64,000 bases of DNA, from contig NC_043006.1 of assembly GCF_006345805.1 (NCBI RefSeq), positions 102,114,001 through 102,178,000 on the forward strand. The letters run 5' to 3'. Below, piece after piece: positions 38,964-51,329 of the stretch (positions within the stretch are counted from its first letter, which is position 1; each line of letters opens with the position of its first letter). This DNA is from Octopus sinensis (taxonomy: Eukaryota). The notes beneath the pieces were generated by a model. It searched no databases, was not told the DNA's origin, and worked only from the letters and a program-made list of their open reading frames with translations. The translations under genes and the position numbers were made by a program.

Positions 38964-39495
38964 TTGGGTCATCCCATAAATAATGTGTTTTTTTCAATTG
39001 CATGAATTAAAAGTCAGAGGGGGACGGGATAAACTACCTGCATCAACTTGCTATAAAAGCTGGTAGTAATCTCACCTTGTCCTTATTCTTAGTGCAAGTT
39101 TTGAAGAGTGTGGTTCGATTTTAACAGTTATTTTTTCAAAGCTACAATGGAAGTGATAAAGGAACATATTCAACATATTTTGCTTTCTGAGTTCAATAAA
39201 GGCAACAGCACAAGGTAAGGTATGAGGAATATTAATGCAGTATATGGGGATTGAGCAATAAGCGTAAGTCTATGTCAACGGTGGTTCCAGAAATTCTGAG
39301 CTGGAAACTACAACCTAGAAGACAAGCCTTGTTCTGGAAGATCTGCAGAGCTCAACAAAGACATCATGCAAATCCTGGTGGAAAAAAATCCCATCGTAAC
39401 TGTTGAGGAACTAGCAGTGAAGCTTGGATTTGATCATTCAACTCCTGCATCGGAAAAGTCAGCAAATTGGGTCAATGTGTTCCTCACAAACTTTC
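38964..39495 (+). mobile_element. mariner transposon 5' part with decayed transposase N-terminus
   Basis: TA|TTGGGTCATCCCATAAAT TIR-like start. ATG at 39147 gives MEVIKEHIQHILLSEFNKG...QRWFQKF*AGNYNLEDKPCSGRS...TVEELA...GKVSKLGQCVPHKL (WVPHEL-like). Confidence 0.82.
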
Positions 39496-39589
39496 AGCAC
39501 TGTTGCATTTAACACATGTATGTCTGTGCTCGTGTACCTATATATATGTTCAGTTTATTGACTCCTTACATGACTAGGTGTTTCAGCTG

Positions 39590-39880
39590 TCATTTTTCTT
39601 TTTTTTTTTGCCGAATAAACACACACACTATATATTCGTTCTTCACTTGTTTATTACTGTTCTTATTTCAACTCATGTCCAATTGTCCAGAAATCTTTTG
39701 TCACACGTCTGTGACCTCTTCAGTGACACTTTCTGTCCTTGTGTGTGCTCCTGCTCCATTTAGTTGCTGAACAGGTCACAGATATGTGAGAAAAGATTTC
39801 CAGACAATGGAAATAAGAACAGTGATAAATGAGTGAAGTACGAATAATTAGTGCATGTGTTTATTTAGGAAAAAATGAAA
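39590..39880. mobile_element. Fold-back/MITE with ~105-115 bp inverted arms
   Basis: 39603-39717 and 39773-39875 are reverse complements, about 80% identical by eye. Confidence 0.65.
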
Positions 39881-40254
39881 AAGTTATGATCATATATATG
39901 TGTGTGTGTGTGTTTTGTTTAAAAAGAAGACAGGTGAAACCTAATTCTGGAATAGTCCTACAACTGCACAGACATCTGGATAAGACCTAACCGATTTATT
40001 GGCATAAAGTCTCTCCAAAATATACCCCAGCCTCTAATCCAAAAGTATACTGTTTCCTCTTTGTGGCTGTTCTACCGTTACTATGATAGATTCTGTGCCT
40101 TGTAACTGGTGAAGTTCATTCTACTACCACTCAGATATTCTTGTCTGACTTCATACATATATGTGTGTGTGTGTCTCCAGTCAAACCGTCCAACCTATAC
40201 CAGCATAGAAAACAGATGTTAAATGATGATGATGATAATGACACACATACTCAG

Positions 40255-41062
40255 AGGCATGCTTTTCAGTCACATAGTTCTGAGTTCAGTTCCACTGCAT
40301 GGCACCTTAGGTAAGTGTCTTCTACTATAACCTCAGGCCAACCAGTCTTGTGAGTGGATTTCGTGAGAAGAAATCGAAACCTGTTGAGTGTGTGTATTTG
40401 TGATTACCACCAACCACTGCTTGAAAAACAAAGTTAGTTTGTTTATTTCCTTGTAACTTAGCAGTTCAACAAAAGACATGAAATAAGTACTGGGGTTAAT
40501 TGGTTCAACTTCAAGGCAGTGCCTCAGCAGGATCACAGTCCAATGACTGAAATAAGTAAAGGACGAAAGATATGTATATGCATATATATATGTACAAATC
40601 ATAATCCATAAAATTCTTTACAGATACAAGTGTATTAATTATATATACAAATATACATACAGACGCAGGAGTGGCTGTGTGGTAAGTAGCTTGCTTACCA
40701 ACCACATGGTTCTAGGTTCAGTCCCACTGCGTGGCATCTTGGGCAAGTGTCTTCTACTATAGCCTCGGGCCAACCAAAGCCTTGTGAGTGGATTTGGTAG
40801 ACGGAAACTGAAAGAAGCTCGTCGTATATATGTATGTATATATATATATGTGTGTGTATCTGTGTTTGTCCCCCTAGCATTGCTTGACAACCGATGCTGG
40901 TGTGTTTACGTCCCTGTCACTTAGCGGTTCGGCAAAAGAGACCGATAGAATAAGTACTGGGCTTACAAAGAATAAGTCCTGGGGTCGATTTGCTCGACTA
41001 AAGGCGGTGCTCCAGCATGGCTGCAGTCAAATGACTGAAACAAGTAAAAGAGTAAAAGAGAG
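40255..41062 (+). mobile_element. Two tandem SINE family A copies (old 40255-40565; young 40662-41062)
   Basis: Both match family A; the second retains CpGs. Confidence 0.88.
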
Positions 41063-42162
41063 AGTATGACATGTATTATAGACCATACAACATACATGGA
41101 TATACATACTAACACATACATGAATGAATGGAAAACATCCAAACATACCTATTAGAAATGCATACCTCAACTAAAGATACATATTGTCCATATGTTGTCT
41201 ATAAATGCTGTGTGCAGATGGAATGCTTACATATGCACTTGGATTAAATGTTTGTAGATTGTGCATTTTAAAACATTTTTGCAAGTATTCCCTTGTATTT
41301 GTAAGATAATTGAACATTGATTCAAGTTACTTTGCTTTATGGAACAGGTAGCACATTTCCTGGTGGTGATGAAAGGGGGATCTGTAAGCTTACCACTTGC
41401 AGATAAATATCTTTGGTCAGGAAAAGTCAAGCAGTTCACACTAATCACATCAATGTATTCGATAAATAAATCCGTAACCTCTTTTTATAGGTGTAATAGC
41501 TGTGAGCTTAAAACACAGTCATGCTAAATATCATTAGTAGTTAAAACTCTCCTCCCCTTCCTCCTCCTCCTTTTTGGAAGTACTGCGTTGAATGTCCGTG
41601 GGCTCTTTGCATTGAGTTGCCTGATTCACAGCAGGCTTCATTCTAACTTGAGAAATGTTGCAAATGGCATTAATGTCTAATTCAATTATTCCCTAATTAA
41701 TGTTTCCATATTACAAACAAGACTTTCTCTTAAATGATCATTTCAATATAATTAAACTTATCTGTTCAAAAGCAGTGTGCAAAAGTTGCATGATGTTTGA
41801 CAGGTTAACTGGTGAAATGGATATACTGAGTTGACAGCACTAAATCTCACAGGCTTTGTCCAATCAACTGTGTCAGTTTGCTTGATATAAATATCTACAA
41901 AAGGAAAAAAATTCATTTATTCTTATAAGTGAGTGTGTTGGTAGGCATAGAACTTGAGCGAACTAGATTCTTTCCACCATAGAGTTAGGTGCTTAGACCA
42001 TAGTATCTATGTATATAGACAAATAGGTGGTTGGGTGAATGGATAGATGGACAGATGGTTGATGGACACTCAAGTACATGCAAGTACAGACTGATAGCTA
42101 GCGAGATGGATGAATAAATGGATAGATGTATGAACAGTCTATCTATCTATCTATCTACCTAC

Positions 42163-42197
<35 letters not shown>

Positions 42198-42269
42198 CAG
42201 AGAGAGAGAGAGAGAGACTGGTAGCTAGATGGATGGACTGATGGACATACATTGAAGTACATATGTGTA

Positions 42270-42309
<40 letters not shown>

Positions 42310-42499
42310 GTTCAAATTTATAGAAAACAAAAGATGAAACAGGTGTAGAAACAACAAACAAGTACATTAGTTTAACACTCGGGAATAATAGAAATGTCTT
42401 TTATGTTTTGAGCCTATGCACTATGACAGAAATGATTAAGAGGTAAAAAATGGAGAGAGAATGAAAAAAAACAGGGAAAAATGTGCAGAGTTCAATGGT

Positions 42500-42700
42500 C
42501 TTGATATGCTAGTGGCATGTAAAAAGCACCCATTACACTCTTGAAGTGGTTGGCATTAGGAAGGGCATCCAGCTGTAGAAACCTTGCCAAATCAGAATGG
42601 AACCTGGTGCAGCTCTCCAGCTTACCAGTTTCAGTCAAACCGTCTAACACACACCAGAATGGAAAGCAGATGCTAAATGACAATGATGATGATGATATAT
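42500..42700 (+). mobile_element. RTE 3'-tail-derived repeat
   Basis: GTGGTTGGCATTAGGAAGGGCATCCAGCTGTAGAAA..GATGATGAT matches the RTE tail at 2.5-2.66 kb. Confidence 0.75.
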
Positions 42701-43629
42701 ATAGATAGACAGACAGACAGCTAGAGGGAGAGAGAGAGAGATAACTAGCTAGATAGATAGATGGAGGGATAATCAATAAAGTATATGCATGTATAGATTG
42801 ATAGCTAACAAGAAAATGGATAGATGTATTGGCTGATAATTAGCTAGACAGATAGACCAAGTACATGTATGTATAATGTGTTTAATATTATCTTATTTTG
42901 GCCTGTACTAAATCTTTTCATTATTTCTTAAATTATCCAAACAATAAGGAATTTGGGAATCTAGGGCTGTTGTCTACAAGGCTGTGAAAATGTTTTCAAA
43001 GATTAGAACAATTAGTAGAAAATTTGAGATTGGAGGAGCAACGAAAATGCTTGTGGTGTGATTCCTCTTCTGATTATCTATTCATCCACCAGTCTGTCTG
43101 TTGATCTATGCATCCCTGTGTGTGTGTGTGTGTGTGTGTGTGTTTATGTGTGCATTAGTACATATTAGTGTACATTTAAAGTTATGCGATGTTTACCAAT
43201 ATCATGTTGGCATGCTTCAAAGAATAATTGCCTCAAAACAGCTAAGCAATGTCAAAATTCTTTGGTTTCATCCCAAGAGACATTCTAAGATTACACTGCT
43301 TCCTGAGTATATTTGAATTACAGCAATTTAGAATCAAAATAAGTCAATAAAGAAAAATGTTACTAAAGTAATATATCTACTGCTATAACAAAAAAAATTT
43401 TTTTTTTTTAAATAAGTAAAATTAATAAATCTCTATTGGGGTTTTTTTTTATGTACAAGGTAAGCTCTCTAAACTTGAACTAAATATCAGAATACATTTA
43501 TCTGCTCCAAGCTACAAAACCTAATTTTTAAGAGGTTATTTGTTTTTACATAGATTAATGAGAAAAAGTGATAATATTTGTCTGTCTACCTATAATTTTC
43601 TCAATTCCTTACTTTTGCTTTCTCTTTAA

Positions 43630-43673
<44 letters not shown>

Positions 43674-43710
43674 ATATATATACATGTGTATATATATATG
43701 TGTGTATATA

Positions 43711-43762
<52 letters not shown>

Positions 43763-43816
43763 TGTAATGTCTGTAGGCAAACTGAATTAAAAATAAAAAT
43801 TCAGTACATATACAAC

Positions 43817-44200
43817 AGGTGCAGGCGTGGCTGTGTGGTAAGAAGCTTGCTTCCCAACCACATGGTTCCAGTTTCAGTCTCACAGCATGGCACTTTGGGC
43901 AAGTGTCTTCTGCTATAGCTTCAGGTCGATCAAAGCCTTGTGAGTGGATTTGATAGACAGAAACTGAAAGAAGCCCATCATGTGTGTGTGTGTGTCTGTG
44001 CTTTACCCCCACCATCACTTGACAACCTGTGCTGGTCTATTTACGTGCCTGTAATGTAACAGTTCAGCAAAAGTGACCGATAGAAAAAGTACCAGGCTTT
44101 AAAAAGAGACAGAATAAATCCTGGGGTTGATTTTCTTCAACTAAAACTCTTCAAGGTGGTGCCCCAGCATGGCCACAGTCAGATGGCTGAAACATGTAAA
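43817..44200 (+). mobile_element. SINE family A
   Basis: Head, body and tail match. Confidence 0.85.
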
Positions 44201-44305
44201 AGAATTAAAGAATGAAGATAAACATAAATTATACCAAAACACAGTTGTATTTCTGAGAACCTGTTGCATTTATAGAGAAGCAAACTGTCAGTTGGAAGAT
44301 AAATA

Positions 44306-45187
44306 CAGAGTACAGACAGTATTTGAGGACACATACATTTTTAGTCATTATTTTATTTGACTAATTTTTATTGAACTTCTATTTCAGAAAATAACAATGA
44401 CAGGCCCTATACTTACTAATGAAAGCAAAAGGCATGCTGAGATTTTGGCTTTGAAGGCTAAACATGGTGATTTAGAAATTTCTCGTTTCTTGAAAGTTGC
44501 AAGATCTTTTGTCCACAAAATTTGGTGTGAGTTAGAGAAAGAAGATGGAAGCGTAATACCTCTACCAAAACATAAAAAAAACATTCCAAATGTTCAGGAA
44601 GTTAAGCAAAACATTGAAGACAATACAGGAAAATGCCTCCTCACTTTTTTTCCACAGGATCTTAGGGTGAATGCTGCTGCATATTTTGAGGTTCTGGATA
44701 AAGTTGTTAAGCCTTGGATCAACAGTGTATGCAGTGGAAGGCCTTATGTCTTTCAACAAGATTCTGCACCATCACACAAGGCTCAAATGATACAAGAATG
44801 GATGGCCGACAATTTGCATCATCACATCACCCCCAACATTTGGCCTCCTAATTTTCCAGATTCTCAATGCACTGGCCTACTATGTAAGGAGCATCATTAA
44901 GAAAAATGTTAACGAACACCCCCATAGCATCAAAGATTCTTTGAAAGCCACTATAGTTCAAGTCATGTCCGATATGAACAAGGGCCATATAATCTGAGCT
45001 TGTAAATGATTTCGACCCCATGTAGAGGCAGTTATTGATGCTTATGGTGGATATATTGAAAGAAATTATTAAATTGATAATTTAGCTTTATGTTTGTTAT
45101 TTTTATAAAAATACAGTTTTTTGCTCTTATTATATAAGCGATTTTTTTAAAACCCTAAATCTCTCCTCAAACACTGTCCACACCCTC
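44306..45187 (+). mobile_element. IS630-Tc1-mariner element, DD37D (maT-like), internally deleted
   Basis: TA on both flanks; TIRs share GACAGTRTTTGAGGA. ORF 44397-44900 contains PYVFQQDSAPSH...WPPN.PD. After a frameshift it reads LNAL(A)YYV..., placing the third catalytic position 37 residues after the QQD aspartate (GAC to GCC), and ends EAVIDAYGGYIE. Confidence 0.82.
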
Positions 45188-45549
45188 TATATAAATAAGA
45201 GGAAGTGGAACTGACACAGGTTTTATAGCCCATCAAAGCCATGAGGTACAAAAACTTGTTGGAACTATGCAGAATCCACATTTTGTTTCATCATCATTAT
45301 CATAATCATTCTTTTAGCATCCACTTTTCCATACTTGTGTGGCTCGGATGAAATTTCTTGAGGTAGATTTTCTACAGCTGGATGCTATATCAACTTCCAC
45401 TTGTTTTCAAGAAAGTAATATTTTCCAGTGGCCCAACATGTTCTTCCACTGAGCACTGGAAACAAGAAATATACTTGCAAAACTGATACTTGTTTATCAA
45501 GACAAACACACACACACACACATATACAAAGATATATACATATATGCAA

Positions 45550-45705
45550 GCATGTCTGTGTGATAAGAAATTTGCTTCCTAACCACATAGTTCTGGGTTC
45601 AGTCCCACTGTGTGGCACCTTGAACAAGTGTCTCCTTCTATAGCCTTGGGCCAACCAAAGCCTTGTGAGTAAATCTGGAAGATGGAGGCTGAAAGAAGCC
45701 CATTA

Positions 45706-45736
<31 letters not shown>

Positions 45737-45935
45737 CATCCTATATGTGTGTGTCTTTGTCTCTGTGTTTGTCCCACTATCACTGCTTGACAACTGGTGT
45801 TGTTGTGTTTACATCCCTGTAACTTGGCAGTTCAGCAAAAGAGAATGATAGTATAAGTACTAGGCCTTAAAAATATAAGTCCTGGGGTCAATTCGTTTGA
45901 ATAAACCCTTCAAGACAGTGCTCCAGAATAAAAGA
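45550..45935 (+). mobile_element. SINE family A
   Basis: Matches family A. Confidence 0.82.
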
Positions 45936-45977
<42 letters not shown>

Positions 45978-46212
45978 CAAATGAGAGAAAGAGAAAATGG
46001 AATTCACAAGATTCTTTATTATTAAGAATCTCATGATTTCCATTTTCTCTTTCTTTTACTTGTTATATACTCTATGGATATGGAGGAATTCCTGAAGTAA
46101 ATCCAGTGGCATTCATATTCGTGCTGTTGGTAACATCAGGTAACCATAGACAGTGAATGTGCTTTAACCGGCATACCACCAGGTGAATACCCAAATCTGA
46201 AATAATTATATA

Positions 46213-46245
<33 letters not shown>

Positions 46246-46252
46246 TTATATA

Positions 46253-46417
46253 GGCGCGGGAGTGGCTGTGTGGTAAGTAGCTTGTCTACCAACCACATGG
46301 TTCCAGGTTCAGTCCCACTGCGTGGCACCTTGGGCAAGTGTCTTCTACTATAGCCTCGGGCCGACCAAAGCCTTGTGAGTGGATTTGGTAGACGGAAACT
46401 GAAAGAAGCCCATTGTA

Positions 46418-46465
<48 letters not shown>

Positions 46466-46685
46466 TGTGTGTGTTTGTGTGTCTGTGTTTGTCCCCTAGC
46501 ATTGCTTGACAACCGATGCTGGTGTGTTTATGTCCCCGATACTTAGCGGTTCGGCAAAAGAGACCGATAGAATAAGTACTGGGCTTACAAAAGAATAAGT
46601 CCCGGGGTCGAGTTGCTCAATTAAAGGCGCTGCTCCAGCATGGCCGCAGTCAAATGACTGAAACAAGTAAAAGATTAAAAGATTA
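46253..46685 (+). mobile_element. SINE family A, young
   Basis: Near-consensus copy with CpGs intact. Confidence 0.9.
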
Positions 46686-47830
46686 TATATATATATACAC
46701 ATATATATATATTGGAACACAAGGTAATACAAAAGCGGTTTCTTTTGATACCAGCAAGATATCTATAATGAACTTCTCCACTACACTCGACAAAACAGTA
46801 AGGAACGACTATGGATTTTTTCTATTATACTCTTTATAATATATTTGATAAGGTTCATCTTTTCAAGAACATGGATTCTATTGAATGTATGTAATGATTA
46901 TGAACTGTTCCATTATACTTTTTATAATAAATTTTTTTGAAAGGGTTCGTTTTTTCAAGAACCGAAACATGTAAAATTAAAATTTATCTAATATCGTGGC
47001 GTTTTCAAACTTCTTTTTTACAAATATACATATATATATATATATATATATACATATGGCGGTGCCCCAGCATGGCCACAGCTCGTGAGCTGAAACTAGA
47101 TAAAATAAAATAAATATGTATATATATATATATATATATATATGCGTGTGTGTGTTTGTGTGTGTGTTTGTGTGTCTGTGTTTGTCCCCTAGCATTGCTT
47201 GACAACCGATGCTGGTGTGTTTATGTCCCCGATACTTAGCGGTTCGGCAAAAGAGACCGATAGAATAAGTACTGGGCTTACAAAAGAATAAGTCCCGGGG
47301 TCGAGTTGCTCAATTAAAGGCGCTGCTCCAGCATGGCCGCAGTCAAATGACTGAAACAAGTAAAAGATTAAAAGATTATATATATATACACATATATATA
47401 TATTGGAACACAAGGTAATACAAAAGCGGTTTCTTTTGATACCAGCAAGATATCTATAATGAACTTCTCCACTACACTCGACAAAACAGTAAGGAACGAC
47501 TATGGATTTTTTCTATTATACTCTTTATAATATATTTGATAAGGTTCATCTTTTCAAGAACATGGATTCTATTGAATGTATGTAATGATTATGAACTGTT
47601 CCATTATACTTTTTATAATAAATTTTTTTGAAAGGGTTCGTTTTTTCAAGAACCGAAACATGTAAAATTAAAATTTATCTAATATCGTGGCGTTTTCAAA
47701 CTTCTTTTTTACAAATATACATATATATATATATATATATATACATATGGCGGTGCCCCAGCATGGCCACAGCTCGTGAGCTGAAACTAGATAAAATAAA
47801 ATAAATATGTATATATATATATATATATAT
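46461..47830. repeat. ~690-bp tandem duplication with breakpoints in (TA)n tracts
   Basis: Offset is 693 then 691 bp. The only differences seen are in microsatellite length. Both units share the private variants GTCCCCGATAC and GGCGCTGCTCC. Confidence 0.9.
46710..47015 (+). mobile_element. Putative Penelope-like element 3'/pLTR remnant with two degenerate hammerhead-like motifs (duplicated at +691)
   Basis: The internal direct repeat carries TTGATAA-GGTTC..GAAC and TTGAAAG-GGTTC..GAACC-GAAAC-AT-GTA. The Penelope assignment is inferred only from this architecture. Confidence 0.4.
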
Positions 47831-47832
47831 AA

Positions 47833-47985
47833 ATGTATGCGTATCACTCCACATGTATTACATGCGCTACTAATAGTTTCACATACATGACAATTACATC
47901 TGTCAGAGTGCCTGATGAATGTATTCGTCATGTACATGAAACTATTAGTAGCACGTGTAATACATGTGGAGTGATATGCATACAT
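47833..47985. repeat. 59-bp inverted repeat with a 35-nt spacer (MITE-like hairpin)
   Basis: 47833-47891 versus the reverse complement of 47927-47985: 54/59 identical, all differences transitions. Confidence 0.85.
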
Positions 47986-48811
47986 TAATATTGGAGTCTC
48001 ATTAGATGGAGCACTCTTCTTGATCTTTTTAGATACACACACACGCACATATATATATGCATACATTCATACATGCATGCATATATACATACATATATGC
48101 ATGCATATATAAACTGCTTTCACTTTCTAGCTACCAGATCTGCTTGCAAGGGTTTGATTAACCTGGGGAAACATTCTATAGGGGAAGGCATCTGTCCAAA
48201 GTGCTACACTATAGGACTGAACCTGAAACCATGTGTTAGGGGAACAAACTTCTTAACTTGCAAGGTGCATTTACAATTAGAGCTTTAGCTGTTCTCAGAA
48301 CTATTAATATAAATATTAAAAAATGCATTTTGTGGGTTTTAGTTTTGCTGTTGTGAGTTTACATAACTTGGGCAAATTCAATTTTTTTTTTATTTGTCAC
48401 CCAGCTGATGACAGTCAATGACTATAAGCAGTTTTCAAAGACATGGTTATTTCCTAGTATAACATATGTTTATTTTGAAATAAATGCCTCGAATGGTTTT
48501 GCTTACTGTTTTTTTTTTTCTTTTCCCAGTTAATCTACGAGACATTACATTAACTTATATCATTTTGGACCTAGTTTGTCAAACCTTTTGTTCAATTTCT
48601 GCTTTATGGTGCAATCCTAATGTATTTTAAGAAATATTTATGCATCCAGGTGTAGGAAGTTAGTAAGCTTCAAGAAGTTCATAGGAGGTATACAAAACAA
48701 CTTTCAGGAACAATAGTAGTTTGTTGGCATCCCTTCACATATTTAATTGTTTTGATTTCTCTTGGATGATATAAAGTTATGATGGAAGATACTTGTAATT
48801 TCAATATCTCT

Positions 48812-48843
<32 letters not shown>

Positions 48844-49007
48844 ACTCTCGCAAAAACATTTTGAACAGTAATCCTTTAAAAATTTTGTAGAATTGTCTAC
48901 TTACATTACAGGAAATAAATAGTATTTTATAACCCATAGCCAAAAGAATTAGCTTCGCTTCTCTGTTGATTGTTATCCATGTTAATTCTATGTTTGAGAG
49001 GAAGTGA

Positions 49008-49325
49008 AGGGGCATGGCTTAGTGGTTAGGGTATTCAGCTTACAATCTTAAGGTCCTGAGTTTGATTTCTGGCAGCATGTTGTGTCCTTCATCAAGACGC
49101 TTTATTCCCTGCTCCAGTGCACTCAGCTGGCAAAAATGATTAGTACCTGTGTTTTAAAGGGTTGGCCATGTTATATTCTGTGTCACGCTGAATCTCCCTG
49201 TAAACTACATACAAGTTACACATGTCTACAGAGTGCTTGCCCATTTGAATGTGAATTTCATGAGCAGACTTGTTCTGTTAAGTGGATCAACTTGAACCTC
49301 TTCATTGTAACTGACAGAGTGCTAA
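49008..49325 (+). mobile_element. tRNA-derived SINE, family B head with family D-type tail
   Basis: Head and body resemble the 20752 copy; the tail TGTGTCACGCTGAAT..GGATCAAC..GAGTGC resembles the 61366 copy. Confidence 0.72.
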
Positions 49326-49639
49326 TATGTGTCAGAGAGAAAGAAATAAGAGCATTAAATGACTAAAGAACTAAAAAGGTTCAATAAGGAGCAGGAAAAC
49401 AAAAACAAAATCAGTTTGTCTTTTATATATATTACAATATTTAAAGTGAATAGTATTGTAACTTGGACATTTTATATGAGAGACAGTCTTTGTATAACTA
49501 AAATCCAAGCAGTCTCTTCTTTGCAATAATAACTTTCATCATTGATTTCCCTTGATGTTGGTTGTCTGAAAGATTGTTACTAGTGTAAATTTGGAATTAT
49601 GAGTTGTCAAATTTATGTATATTAATATCTGTGTGTGTG

Positions 49640-49960
49640 TGTGTGTGTATCACCTTGTCTTGATATCATGTGATAGTTGTAAGTGGGTGTCACAGTTATA
49701 CAAGCAGTCGTCCATTTCCAGTATTCTACAAGAACATGTCTGGTCATGGAGAAATATTACCTTACTTATAAAACATTGAGGGTCAGCAACAGGAAGGGCA
49801 ATTAGTTATGAAAAAAAGGGGCCTCAGATAAACACCGTCTGATCCATGCAAGCATGGAAAATCGGATGTTAAATGATGATCATATATATATATATATTGT
49901 TTTGATTTCTCTTGGATGATATAAAGTTATGATGGAAGATACTTGTAATTTCAATATCTC

Positions 49961-49995
<35 letters not shown>

Positions 49996-50021
49996 AAAAC
50001 ATTTTGAACAGTAATCCTTTA

Positions 50022-50079
<58 letters not shown>

Positions 50080-50350
50080 ATATCATCATCATCATCGTTT
50101 AACGTCTGTCTTCCATGCATGCATGGGTCAGACGGTTGACAGGAACCAGCCAGGTAGAAGACTATCCTGGGCTGCTGTGTCTGTCTGTTTTGGCAGGGTT
50201 TTTACAGTTGGATGCCCTTCCTAACACCAACCACTCTACAGAATAGACTCAGTGCTGTTTACATAGCACTTCACAGGCAAGGTTAGTTTTGGTATGATTT
50301 TTACTGCTGTATGCTCTTCCAAATGCCAACCACTTTACAGTGTCGACTGG
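49640..50350. mobile_element. Two RTE-tail-type repeats facing tail to tail (+ 49640-49882; - 50085-50350) around a (TA)n tract
   Basis: Both end in GG(A/T)..GTTAAA(T/C)GATGAT, on opposite strands. Confidence 0.65.
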
Positions 50351-51329
50351 ATGCTGGATGCCTGGATCCCTATCTCCAACCACTTTGCTGTGTAGACTGG
50401 GTGCAGTTCTTTTCATGTCATCAGCACCAGAGATATTGTGTGCCAGGGACCCTCTATCCCGTGTCAGTTTGTTCATATACATAAATGTGTGAGTAAAAAC
50501 TATCAAAAGACTTGCAAGTGGATATGGTAGCTGGAAACCAAAAGAAGTTTGCCGAATATACATGTGTGCATCTTTATGTGTTTACATTTTCTCTTCTGAA
50601 GATTGCAAGCTACAAGCTATGTTGTTATTTCTCCATATTTCTCCTCTACAGTCTCAACCTCTTGAGCCCTACATGGACACACTTATTTCTTCTTAGACCC
50701 TTTCTTTGCTGTACCTTGTTAGACCCAACACTTAAGCACCTCACAAATTTCTTCCTCTTTACAACTCTGAACCACTGCAATTCCAGTACAACCCGTGTTT
50801 TTTTCTTCTTTCATATTTAAAAAAAAATATTTTTTGTCCTTCATCCATTAGCTTACAGAGGTCTTTATGGGGCCGTGAAGGTCAAGGGCACAGCACTGGT
50901 CGTCTGACTCAACCATCAAATAAAAAGGTTCAAATTTGCCTTCAGCTGCTTAATTCTGCTTGCAGCAATTTTCCTAACAGCAAGTTTCATTCTTTGATAA
51001 ATGTTTTACCATTAGCAATAATTCCAGCTGTAAAAGCTATTACATCAGCAATGTATAAATTCTTTAAATCCATCCTCTGCGAGTCCTTATGAGGATTGTT
51101 TTTAAATAGACACACACACACACATGTATGTGTTTATGCTTCTGTTCTTATACAGGTTTCAGTCATTGGGTTATGCTTATGCAGCAATTCTGCTTTCTAG
51201 TGAATATGCAGTTGCATTGACACCCCACCCTCCACACACACACTTATTTCTATGAACATTAAAAGAGTAGACATAATGAGTGGGGTTTAAATTCAGAACA
51301 TAACTAGGTGCTTTGGTTGACAAATACAC

